NCBI GenBank assembly: GCA_973895155.1
Contig: OZ316898.1
Coordinates: 3,286,480 to 3,350,479, forward strand
DNA length: 64,000 bases
Direction of reading: 5' to 3'
Source: Marsupella aquatica
Taxonomy: Eukaryota; Plantae; Marchantiophyta
Both the position numbers and the translations under genes were made by a program. Positions 52,425-64,000 of this stretch are shown piece by piece. Numbering within the stretch: position 1 is the first letter of the stretch; each line of letters opens with the position of its first letter. The notes under the pieces are model-generated. The model did not search any database. It saw only the letters and a list, made by a program, of their open reading frames with translations, and had not been told where the DNA came from.

Positions 52425-52980
52425 TTCATATTTGTGTATCATGTATTTTTATTTTAATGTACCTTAACAAGGGGCATCCTTTGTATCACATAGATTTTTA
52501 ATTCATTTTTGGACCCCTTTCAATTTTTGGTATCCTCCTATAGTATTTTGAATTTATTTTGGCAGCCCCTTAATTTTTAAACTTTGTTAAGTCCTAGAGA
52601 GAAACCAAGGGCTTCATTTTCTACCGCTTTAAGTATTCTCATGAGTGAGAGGAATGATTCTAAGTAATATCTTTAGGGTTTAGGATTCTAAGTAATGTCA
52701 ACATATCCTGTCTTAAGTTCCCCTTGTGGCTTTCTTTCCTAAATTTATGAGTCATTAATAAGACACATTGAAGTAAGTGCCAACTAGTAGCATCTGTGTC
52801 ATAAAATTTAATTGTACTTTCCATTGGTCACTATGTGCTTTTATTGCATGTGCTTTATTGATATTATTTTATTCCATTCACATTTAATATGTATTCTAGT
52901 TTTACTCTCTAATTTGTCCACTTAATATCACTACCAGACAAAAAGTAAAGCATGTTCCAGGGATGAGCATGCTATATACC
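52425..52980 (+). repeat. Dispersed ~500-bp repeat, copy 2
   Basis: See 41345-41825. Confidence 0.75.
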
Positions 52981-53549
52981 TGAATCTAATTTTCTCCCAC
53001 AACTTTCTCTACCCCTCCTGTTTCTTTGGGGAGTTCCTTGCAAAGTTGGTTCCCGGCCAGGATGGACCACTGGCTGACCAACAGGACTCAAATATATACC
53101 TAATGACTTTAGACATCCAAAAATGTGTGCATTTAGTACACAAAGGAGAGGTATTGTCTGAGTAATGTTCTAGGGTGGGTCCCCTGGATTGGGGTGGTCC
53201 AACAAGATTCTTTGTCAAAAATGATGGACCCATCTGGGATTCGTTTGGGGACCTTCGTTGCATTATTTTTTATTCTGCTAAGGTCTTGTATGGTTAATGG
53301 AATAACACAGCTTTTAGTTTTCCCCATTATTGAACCTGACGATTGTTATGTCAAGCTGAGAAAGATCAGAGCACATTATTCGCCACCAATGTAGCGAGTC
53401 TTTTGTAGCGTCCACAGCATTTATGTTGGCTGATGAATAGAGAGAATAATCATGTACTACTGCAGCTACTACAACCCATTGGAGATGAGCTCACGTAGGG
53501 GGCACCTCATGGACCCATCCCTCAGATGAGTTGGCAATCTCGTCCCCTC

Positions 53550-54170
53550 CCAGGCTCAGATTTTGGTGAGCAAAAGTCTGCCTAGATCAGGATCAGTTGA
53601 TGAAACAAATTCCATCCATGTCAAATGAGGCAAGTTTAAAACAGTCAATATAAGGCCTGGCTGAGCAGGTGGCCAGGGAACTGTATGAAGGCAATTGAGC
53701 AGAGCAGACTGTACTGGGTGAGGTGGTGAGTGACCAGGCAATCTCCTGAGGGCAGGTGCCCACCATAAGGAGGATGGCGATCGAGTGGGGGGACTGGGGA
53801 CTGTGGACTGGGGCTGGGTGGTAGGGGATGGTGACTGTATATGGGAAATGCTCAGGAAAGATGGCGAGTGGACATGGAGGCCAGGTGTGCATTTGGCTTT
53901 TTGGTCACCAAAAACAATCCTATTTTGTGTAAGTAGCAGAGAGTGAGGCATGAGTAAGAACTTGGCAAAATTTTGCCCCCAAAACAAGGTTGTTTCTCTC
54001 CTCAAAGAATACTCTTGTGAAGAAAACATTTATTACGTTTTTGGCTGTTGTGACTTGTGTGTTTGAGGATTTAGGAGTTGATGCTGAAATGGACCACCAT
54101 TTTTGACCTAAGGACTGTGATGGACCAAGCACAATGTGAGACCCCAAAAATGTGTCTAGTCTGTATTCAA
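53550..54170 (-). mobile_element. Decayed LINE ORF2 C-terminal fragment
   Basis: VFFEERNNLVL resembles the L1 C-terminal 'W..RN..VF' motif. Confidence 0.45.
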
Positions 54171-54884
54171 ACAAAGGAAAGGCGTTCTCTGAGTAAAAAC
54201 TAATGTTTCAGGATTCATTGTCCAATATACAGGTTTCGATGGTCCATCTGAGCGCTTGTCGGTACGTCTGAGCTTGTCAATGTCGTGGTATATAGGAGCT
54301 TCGGTTAGGAGTTTCGAGATTGGAAGGGAAGAAGATAGCGGATATAATATGCATTTCAACCCTCACCAAATGAAAGTTTGAAATAATGCGGCACAATTCA
54401 AAGTTAGTAGCTGATTTCTACAAAGAAAGTACGTAAAATCACAAAGAATTTGAGGTGGCCAGTATGGCAACCGAGAATGGTACCTATGGTAAACAACCTG
54501 AGTGTACTATGTATATGTGCGTATAGAAATTTGACATTCCTTGACCCTAAAAGAACAGCATTTGCCCAAGACGTACTTCAAGTTTTTTAGATGGTCCAGG
54601 GACTTCCATGACCTTTCTGAATAGTACTTTCAATGAGTCTTTGGCGTGGTCCAGATTCAACTGCATCGCAGTTTTCTTACACTTTCGATTGAATGAGCCC
54701 TTTGGTCTGGTCCAGATTACATCATTTCCATGAAGTCAACTTTGTACTGACAGTAGCATTGAGTCTTTGGCCTGGTACATGGTCAATTCCATTTAATTGC
54801 TTTGTAGCAGTTGGGAGAGCAGTTGGAGTCGTTGGAGTGGTTCAATTCATTCATGCGGCTGCTGATCCTGTGAATCTCCAACAA

Positions 54885-55191
54885 TGAATTAACAAATCCT
54901 CTTAACTAGAACTGAATGCCATATAACCCACATTCCCACAAGTCACACTCAGCATTTAACCTCAGAAAGCATTTAACCTCAGAAACCTCAGAACATCGGA
55001 GGTGGATTTCTTCTTATTCAAAGCACAGAATGGGATCGAACTGCTGCTGAATTAACAAATCCTCTTAACTAGAACTGAATGCCATATAACCCACGATCGA
55101 GTCACAGCATTAACCTCAGAGAGCATTGAAGCTCAGAACATCGGAGGTGGATTGCTTCTTATTCAAAGCACAGAATGGGATCGGACTGCTG
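54885..55191 (+). repeat. 163-bp near-identical tandem duplication
   Basis: TGAATTAACAAATCCTCTTAACTAGAACTGAATGCCATATAACCCAC at 54885 and 55048. Confidence 0.9.
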
Positions 55192-55559
55192 GGGAACAGC
55201 AATAGATGGGCTCCTCCATCTTTTGCAGTTTCCAGACAAGTGAGTGGGCTCACACAAATTTTGGTCACCGGTTGAGCTACGTGGTCTGAAATCTTGGAAA
55301 CAACCACAGCACAGATCAAAAGGTCACAGCAACCCACCATAGATTTTGCTGGAGATGATGGAATCAAGATCTCGTCCTCTCATCCTCCTTGCAATTATCA
55401 GACACTTTGTCATCGTGACAACAGATTAGCGTCATCCGAAAATCTTAAATCGCGGCGGGTGCACTCACTTTAAGCTGCTTCCCCTTTTGGAATCGATCAT
55501 TCAATTGGGCAAAACGTATGGAATCGCATTTCAATCACGTGAGCCTGTCGAGAAGCTTA

Positions 55560-57288
55560 CTCATTACTGTGATAAGCGCCGCGCTTGCAACCACTAGCCT
55601 TACTTAATCGTTGTTGACACATGACGATAGTATCTTCGGCATCGAGGTGACGTCTTTTCATGGGGTCCAGATCTTAACGTTCCGGCTGTGACAGTGTTCC
55701 AAATCTAGGGTAAATATTCCCAATGTCTGATTGGCTGGGCCCACCCTTACTGGAATCTGGTAAGAAATCTCGTCCTTCCAGTCCATCCATGGTTTATTTC
55801 CTAGCATTGCTGTCTTTGCTTCGAAACCTAGTCTAAAGCAAGAGGTTTTAGATTTCGAGAATCGTAAAGTATTCACCCAGCTCGTACAGCGCATTCTTTC
55901 ACCAAAGATCTGACATCGTTTAGAGCTTAATTTCACGGCAGGGAGCAGGCAACCTCCTGGCAAGGCTGAGCTGAAATCTTGTAATTAAGAGAAACCCTCC
56001 ATATCCACCAGTTCGTTGTCAACCATTGCTTTAACGAACAAGATTGCAAAATGGTATTCCGGTGAACGGATTCAGAGCGGACATAAATATCCAGGCGTCG
56101 AGTGAATTTCATTCTAAGGGATGTCCCAAAATCTCTTACCAACTTGTCGACGATGAGATTGCTTTCAGTATTGAAGTCCTCTGGAATCGGGATCCATTTT
56201 TCCTTAGTTAGTATGATAGTTTGAATGTGGCCAAGCAAGCAGTAAGAAAACTTGCAATACTTCTCTTGTGGTGTGTTGTAGTTGATGTGATATACTCTAA
56301 AAAATAGATGTAATTAATTTGTATCCTTTAAGAGTTTGTCGGGCCTGATAACGGAAGTTGCGACATTGACCTGATACCGAGGTCGTAACCCAGATATTCT
56401 AGATGCCAAGTGAATTGAAAGCTAGGAGCGAAGTGTACGAGGAAAGACCATTAGAAAGGCTGGTGGGAAACTATCAAACCAATCAAGTAATTGGGAGATT
56501 GCCATCGTTTGGGAAAATAATGTTGTACGCATGGCATCAACCCACTCCGATGAAGCATTATTCATTGGACAACACTCAGTCACTGGTGAAACTAGTAATT
56601 GATTTCTGCACAAAATCCCACGTTGCAATAGAGATCGGACATCGAATTTACTCGATCACCCACTTCCAAAGGATTGCAAGCTTCGTAAACTAAATCACTC
56701 ACTGAAAACTCTATTCTTAAATCAATTCATGATGGACTTCCAGATTTCTATCAAATTTCCTCCCGTTGCTCCATATTATGCCAATATGGAGCAACAATTG
56801 AAACCTCTGACTATGGAATTCTAACTTCACGTCAAACTCTGCTCATATTCTTGCGAGCTGACAATGCCTGCAGACTACTTACTGGGTCGATTAATGTTTT
56901 GGTGGTACTCTTAATTTCGATTCATCTTGCAAGCTTGGACAGATATCTTCAATATCTCCTGTTTAATATCTCAATGTATGAATTTTCGATGGTAGTTGGA
57001 TATCTCGATATCTGATAACTCTCGAGGCACAAGTCTAACTTTTGGAAGCTCAAAGTCTGTCGAGTGAGTGATGAAGTAATATTTAGAAATTCAGCACTCA
57101 CTCAATTCTTCATGAAAATTAAAGATATTAGACTGGTTGGAACCCCGTTTCCAAGCAGCTTCTAAAGATTCCAAGAAGAGCTCATGCACTTGAATATCAA
57201 GGGAGATATTGTAGGTTAGACCTATTGAAAACTTTTGTACATGAGAAAGGTGTACATGAGGGAAGGTGTAAAACGTGCCACTATCCAT
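55560..57288 (-). pseudogene. Long intronless decayed ORF of unknown origin
   Basis: ORF pieces 57288-57091, 56628-56422 and 56238-55933 lie in one frame. 56628-55933 (~230 codons) has only two internal stops. Protein-like text continues after a frameshift. Confidence 0.55.
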
Positions 57289-59104
57289 TCGTTGAAAGCA
57301 CCATTTTCAACTTTGAAACTTTCAAGATATTTACTCACTTTGCAAGTTTCATAACATTATGAATAGGATAATGTCCTGGTTAGAATGTCCTGCTTAGACG
57401 GCATTGTGAGATATAATGCCCCAAAAGACGAGGGCCATAGCCTAACTTTTGAGGGACATTTGAGTGATTTTTTTATAAGAGACAGGAAAAAGTGAATCTC
57501 TGAAATAAGATTTTGAAGTTAAAGGGCTATGCATGAGGTTGCTATGCAATTGGCCAAAAACATGAACGAATTTAAAAGCAAATCTTGTGATCTTTGATGC
57601 AATTTATCTTTTTTTTTATATGGTAAAATTATATTTAGGTTTTACCCGTATTTAGTTTATGGTATTTCACATGATCCCCTCTTCAAAAGAAGGGAAGTTG
57701 CATGGAAAATTATTGCACTAAAAAATACAAAGAGAAAATTCAAAAAAATCTTGACTATAAGGCAAACCCATCACCTAGGCAATGGCAGAGGATTTTGAGA
57801 TTTGTCCTGTACTTGTCTCTTGGTAAGGAAAGAGAAACTTGCCAGGGAATTTTGAAATTTGTCCTATAATTGTCTCTTGGTAAAGGAGGTGAAATCTGAG
57901 CTTGCTTGAAATTTGGGTTTGTTTTCAATCATGCAGAAAGGAGAACTTCTAGCCCCTCCAAACTTGACAAACAAACTAACTAACTACTTTACTAAAACAC
58001 TGCCAACAAAAAGGAAAAACACACAAATGAGACAAGTCTAAAGGAAGAAGGGAACTAGGAGAACCCAAGAAAGCCTAGAAAGTACTATCCTCCTTCCACT
58101 AGACATATTTAAGGGGGAAGTGTCCAAGACTTCTCCCCTTTTCACTTTCCTCTCATTCTTCTCGTGTCTCCAGTTCCATATGGTCTCCCGTTCATATGGT
58201 CTCCCGTTCCATACTGCTCCACAAATTCAGGAAAAGATACTATGTATGGTCAAACCTGGTGTAACCAGGTTTTGTCATGGCTAGTTGTGGGGTCAAGGAA
58301 AACTTTCCAAGTTAACTAAAAGTGTGTCAATAGATGTCACAATAATCTTACTTATAAAGAGGCAACTACAAGCTAAAGTTGTGGCTCAGCTTCTAGAGTG
58401 AAGCCTCTAGACATAACTCCATGGCTCATCATGTGAATGGAAAATTCATGACTATGATATATGTCAAATGATAATCATGAATGCATTTTGTCATGATGAC
58501 TATTTGTATTAAAAAAGGGGTTCTATGCCCCCACCATAACATATGTGCAAGAAAGAGAGATGTGCAATGAATATGGTATGTAATGGATGATTATAAAATG
58601 ATGACATTCATGATGGTTTTTTGTTGTCATTCAAAGAATGTGAGTAACATATCATTTTGGTGATATTTTTATTGTCCTCCCCTCTATTCACGTTCAAAGA
58701 ACCGGTAGTTTGGGCTATATTCCAAATGTTGGAAAGTTTCATTCAGAAGTTCTATAACTCAGTCCCAATTCAGTAAGCCAGCTACACCTCTGCAAATGCC
58801 ATTTCCGCTTTTCCATATAAAAAACAATTGTCCACTAATAAGTGTAAAATGTCTCGTTTGTCAGCAATCATAGGTCAGATATTCTCCATAAGAGCAAGCC
58901 ATTTTTCTCTATCCACATCTAATGAACTAGAGTGTCACCAAGATCCACTGACAAAGTGGGTTATCTAGACAAGAACTTACTTTAATTATACCGTTTCCCT
59001 TCTTTCTTTGTGTTTGTTTTTCTCACAAGAAAACTGAATCCCCAAAAATGACATGACACTGCACCAGCACTAGCTAATTAGCCAAAAAGGCCAAGCAACA
59101 TGCC

Positions 59105-59399
59105 CTCGGGGGGCTCAATCCAAAGGGTGTCCCATATCACGTGCGAAGTTTTGGGGGAATAAATACCCTAAAAGTTAACTCAATAAAGTTTTTGTGAAGA
59201 AATGTTTTACCCCTAACTTAATGGAATATTCCCAAATTTGATTTTAAAAAACCCTATGATTCTTGTAACTCTCAAAATTGGATTAAAATAACCCTAATGT
59301 TTTTCAACAAAAACTTAAAAGTATTTCACTAAACCCAATAAAAAACCCTATACTTATTTGTGTGTGAGGGGTCGGAAGGAAAGAAGTGAGGACCCTGGG
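59105..59399 (+). mobile_element. hAT-type MITE, copy 3
   Basis: TIR CTCGGGGGGCTCAAT / AGTGAGGACCCTGGG and perfect 8-bp TSD AACATGCC (59097-59104 / 59400-59407). Confidence 0.85.
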
Positions 59400-62300
59400 A
59401 ACATGCCCCCTTGTTTCCCCCTGTCCGTGTTTATCATTAACATTTGTCAAAATTAGGAAAAATCCAAGACGAACAACTTTGGTAGGTTGAGTGTGTGCAA
59501 GAGAATGGCTCGCAGTATTGGATGTCAAAGCTTAGTGTTTTTGTGCCAAAGAAACAATGGCAATTCAACACTGTTGCCAGAGTAGCAATTATAGTTTGTA
59601 ACATGCATGGGATGGGCAGATGTAACTTTGAGGGTTCTGTTCAGCAATAGATAGGACAAAACTAACACACTTGACCCTCCATATGAGCAATTGAAGGCAT
59701 TGGGGTAGGAATTACCTTTTTTACATATATAGAGGGGTTTGCAGCCCTCTAAATGGCAAATGTACCTTGACCTTTCTCATGTACATTAAAGCAACTTAGG
59801 GCAAGCTAGTTTGCATACAAAACCCTAAAACAGCATGACCCTTCCGTTTTCCTTTAGGAGAATCAAAGATGGACAAGGGTTTGTTTGGTTCTTCTTTGTT
59901 TTTCCCAGGGGGAGAAATCTTTCAATACAAGCAAACTTAACAATATTTTGCTTAGATCTAGGATTTTATCCCATTGATTTGTCATGTACCTGTTTTATGT
60001 GGGAATTCGGAAGACAAGTTTGAAATTGTCAAGGTATTCAAATTACTCATAGGAAATCTACTTCCTAAAGGGAACTGCTCCCTCGCCTTGCATATGTCAA
60101 CCTGGGTTTATTCAAAAAGGTCACATACAACATGCGCAGATTGGAAAGGCATTGATGACAGGTACACTGCCTGGTGGTATAACCCTGCTGGTAATCACAC
60201 ATCAAAATGTGGCTGCATTCATTGATTGAAAAAAAAAACTAGGATTATCACGGTATGCAGGGGTGCCGTACATAGTTTATGTCATGTTTTGATGTGCAAA
60301 TAAGTGGTATAAGTGTGTGCAGGGGAGGGAGCTGTGTTGAATCCCTCGACTTCGCATGGAAAGTGGTGACCAGTGTGCCATGTACGCAAGGAGCAGGTGG
60401 CAAGATGTAAATAATTCCAAAAATGACAAGAGTTGTGAGGGTGCGAGGGTGGGTTTAAGGCTTACTCCTCCTACCCCTTCTTAGAGAGACTAATCAGGTC
60501 ACTTTGTCTTTTGAGATTTTTGTTTTAATTTTGTATTTGAAAAGGTCCATCTTTTGTATCACAAATTGGATTTTGAAATTGTTTTTGTCCTCCTCTTTCA
60601 CTCCATATTTTTTCCAAATTCTATTGTTTCTTGATTTGCCCATTCTTTATTATAACGGTACGTTATGTTATTATTAGTATCCTGCATTCTTTACTACAGT
60701 ATGTTATTTCATCCTTAAATTCAATTCACATTTCATATATGAGGGGCACCTCAAACTATTTCTTCCTAGCAGTGTGAGAACTAAAATCTTCATGATAATG
60801 CTCATCCGTCCCCTTCCAACTACTCCTCACAATTTGTTTCCTATTTTTTGTGCTTTTGAGTGATTTGGGTGTCACTAAGTAAAGTCATTTTGTGACAACT
60901 ACATCCACGGCTCACCACTTTGTTTGAAGGGATTCATAATCTTTTAGAGACTAAATTGTCTACTTTATGTCTACAAATGTGGGAATGGATTAAGTGTGGC
61001 CCACACATATAAGGCAACCAGCAGAGAAGAGAGAGCACGGGTACCAAGTCACCCAATTAACTAAATAATGTATTATTGCTTTAAGGTGGTTTGCAAAAAA
61101 TTCATTCCAACTGTATAAAGAATGATGAATTATCTTTCTTAATATCAGAATCTTCTTGAGCATGACACTAATTTAATTTTTTTTGGGGATCCTCACACCC
61201 TTAGTTATTTTAACAAAATTAGTTTTGTTATTTTATCTCGATAGAAGAGCCCTAAAAACATTAGTACCTTTAGGGGAAGGTTGCTTTTAGTTGGAGCAAC
61301 CTAACTTCTATATAGAATAAAAGACTTCAAGTAAGCAATTAGATGCAAATTTGTCAATACAAACAAAGATGCCCCCAACCAAGAAGACCAGTCTGGAAGA
61401 CTTTAATTGCAACATAGTACATTTTCCTCTAGATATTTACTGAGTGGGACCCGAAATGGAATCCTGCTACTTACCAACCAGGAGTTGAAGTTCTCTTCCC
61501 GAGACTCATGTTTACTGTCTTGGCGCACTGTATAGACATAGACGTTCTTCAAACCCAAAATCTTAGCTCGGTCAGTGACACTGCACAGTTGGCCAGGATT
61601 TGCGAGACGGGGGTGAGGGTGTTCCCTCACTATGATGCGCAAAGACATGCTGGTATGACCTGTCTCATGGTCTACAGACCATGTGGGCCCCAATAAAAGA
61701 GCGAACGGAACCCCCTAAACTTACTAGCCGCCCTCACCACGCCCAGCATGCTGCCCTTGCCAACTGGAAGTAATCTTGCAACAAGAACAGTTGCAGAAAT
61801 GGGTCTCACTAATACAATTTCAAGTTCTCACTGGGGTCTCCTTAGTAGAGGTTTCCATTTGGGGTTCCAGTAAGTAAATTTCTCCATTTTCTTTCTTGAA
61901 GTAAAACCTTTTGAAAACCAAAAATGCATTTGTAAAGCACTGCAGGCGTGATTGCATGGACCAGACATCTTTTCTAGTCAAAATTGTACTTAGAGCTTAT
62001 TGCAGAATGTTGTGAAGATTCAATATAAAAAAGGAAGATTCTCTCTCCATTGGCCAATTTTTCTATCTAACTAAGAGGGTTAGTCGCCAGATCTAACAAT
62101 TCTCCTTTAAATCTAGGGAATTGAGTAGAGTTACACATAAAAGCACCGGGTGGAAAGATGGGTGGACACTGTGCTTCAGCCCTAGAAACTCATAACAGTA
62201 AATTCTAGACATGGATAACCTTACCAAAATCCCCCTATAGATACTTCTGCAAACTTCCTGATGCCAATCCTGCCTGATACATCCAATTTGAAACCATTTT

Positions 62301-63124
62301 AATTCAAGTACCATCCTCTTTCTAATTAGACCTGAACCCTGCCTGATACATTCAGTTCAAAGCCTCTCTAATTTGAGTACAGTTCTCCTTAAATTCAGTA
62401 GAACCGTCTTCATTTGGTGAATTTGAATTTGATATCTCAAACCTCTCTAATTAAAGCAAAAAGAGGTAGCTGGTGGCAAGCACATTTGAGAAGCAAAGAG
62501 ATATAAATCTCTACTCTAATTGATTGAAAGGCTTGTAGCCTGGTTTGCACTAGCTTGTCCGACAAATGAGGGGTCTGGACCCCGACATCCGACATGTGTC
62601 ACACCTGGTTGTCCTGGCCCGACCCCGGCCTGTCCCGACTGGCCAGGGAATGTAGGCGAATATGCAACTTACATTTGACCCCTTTTGGAGCCAACAAATG
62701 ACAAGTTGTTGTGCCGGACAACACGACAACGTGTCCTTCACTTCAAACGGGGGCTTGTAGAGCAGATTATTGGCTCTCTGGTTTGACAGAGAAGTCAGCA
62801 AGCAAGCATTAATCAGATCTGGCAAACCAGAGCTGAAAGGGCCACTACAAGTCCCCTTCAATCAAAAACAACCCATCACCCTAAACTTCAAGCTGGAATG
62901 TAATCTGTTTCTGGAAATTAAGAGGTGTCAGTCCAGTCATTCTTGTAAAATCCCACTCTGTCCTCTCTTGGTCCTTCTATCCTTGTGCTTGATCAATGGC
63001 CTCTGATCTACTCCTACTGATAGTTGATGATCTTCAAAGCTCCCCCTTCTGTTCACTCTAGCTTGGTCATGGTCATCCGGCATGCACTCTTTCACTCAGA
63101 AGTTTATCTTATAGATCCGCTACT

Positions 63125-63461
63125 TGTTGAGAAAACCTGGCGTCACACACATGAGAGAAACCAGCTAGGCTCATCAACACGAGAGCTACGTGGTTCACCT
63201 TGGCCAAAGGTACATTCATGGAATGCAAGTCAGAGCTTTATTAAGCTTTGGTTACCATAGTCACACGAAGCCTCCTTGTACAAGCCCTAAGCCTACTAGT
63301 TACTCTAGGCTTGCTCCTCCAACAATAAGCATGTGTCTCAATGAGGAGCACTTCCTTGCCCCCCTATATGCTAGGCACACTAGTCGTGTCTAACCTCCAT
63401 TAAGACCATAATCATGATTAGTCTAAGTGCAATTAACCCAAGACTATAGTTAACCCTAACA
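63125..63461 (-). mobile_element. Solo LTR (same family), 337 bp
   Basis: TGTTGA...CTAACA ends, TSD CTACT/GTACT (4/5 match). Shares TACGTGGTT and TTAACCCAAGACT..GTTAACC with the 40343-40677 LTR. Confidence 0.85.
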
Positions 63462-63520
63462 GTACTCAGTACTCAGATTATTCAACCCTAACTAAAGCAC
63501 TCAGGGGAGGGCAAAAGTGA

Positions 63521-63675
63521 GAGGGATTTGCTCGATGGGACCCCTGAAATTTGTTACTTGATAGGACCCCTGAAATTTTGGGGACATTGATTCAAGGTAA
63601 ATCAACGGTCTGGATCACTCAGGGCTCCTTTCGAGTAATACATTTCATTTTAGGGTCCCATGAAGCAAATCCCTT
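63521..63675. mobile_element. Small palindromic MITE
   Basis: AGGGATTTGCTCGATGGGACCC ... GGGTCCCATGAAGCAAATCCCT inverted ends. No clear TSD. Confidence 0.65.
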
Positions 63676-64000
63676 GCAAAAACGAGTTTCACAATGTATT
63701 TGTTGCCCGGGGAGTTGATGGGGACCTAAAACTAACTAACTCTGTATCATGCACCTAATCCATCATGAGTCAGGGGCAGGGGCCAGTTTTCCAGCCCGTT
63801 TTCCAGTCATGCAAAACTCTATTATGTCAAACCTATCACACAAAAATAATTCCTCCTATCATACAAAACACTTCCCCAAACCCGGTTTGACCTTGCCTGT
63901 CAAACTGGCGAAAAAACTCTGTCAAAACCTCCCAACCTCAAACCCGACCCAAAACCAAACTCCCGACCCCGAACTCCTGACCTTCAACCCTGGACCCCGC

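Noticed and set aside
61021-61041. miR529/miR535-like GAGAAGAGAGAGCAC
   Set aside because: Low-complexity partial match with no complementary star arm nearby.

Overview
Eukaryotic nuclear DNA from a land plant, most likely a seed-free (bryophyte-like) lineage: short GT-AG introns, TTTAGGG telo-boxes and a plant-type USE/TATA snRNA promoter. Intact genes are a 4-exon plastid-type DnaJ-like zinc-finger protein (2392-3832, +), a 12-exon plant PTEN2 phosphoinositide phosphatase (8371-13219, +), a U1 snRNA gene (34551-34709, +) and an intronless universal stress protein A gene (47137-47688, -). A SKIP1-like F-box/LRR gene (21856-23580, -) loses its homology abruptly at a short direct repeat and looks C-terminally truncated. 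The rest is largely TE debris: three copia-type solo LTRs with 5-bp TSDs, a three-copy hAT-type MITE family with 8-bp TSDs, nested MITEs and many LINE fragments. There are also local tandem arrays and gene relics (Ulp1/OTS-like SUMO protease exons, an MFS/nodulin-like fragment, and two long intronless decayed ORF regions of unknown, possibly viral, origin). The most unusual unexplained element is a ~220-nt rod-like fold-back at 20194-20415 that would bury the donor, branch point, pyrimidine tract and acceptor of a predicted 148-nt intron in an apparently non-coding transcript. All protein-family calls come from motif recognition and recall; no searches were run.
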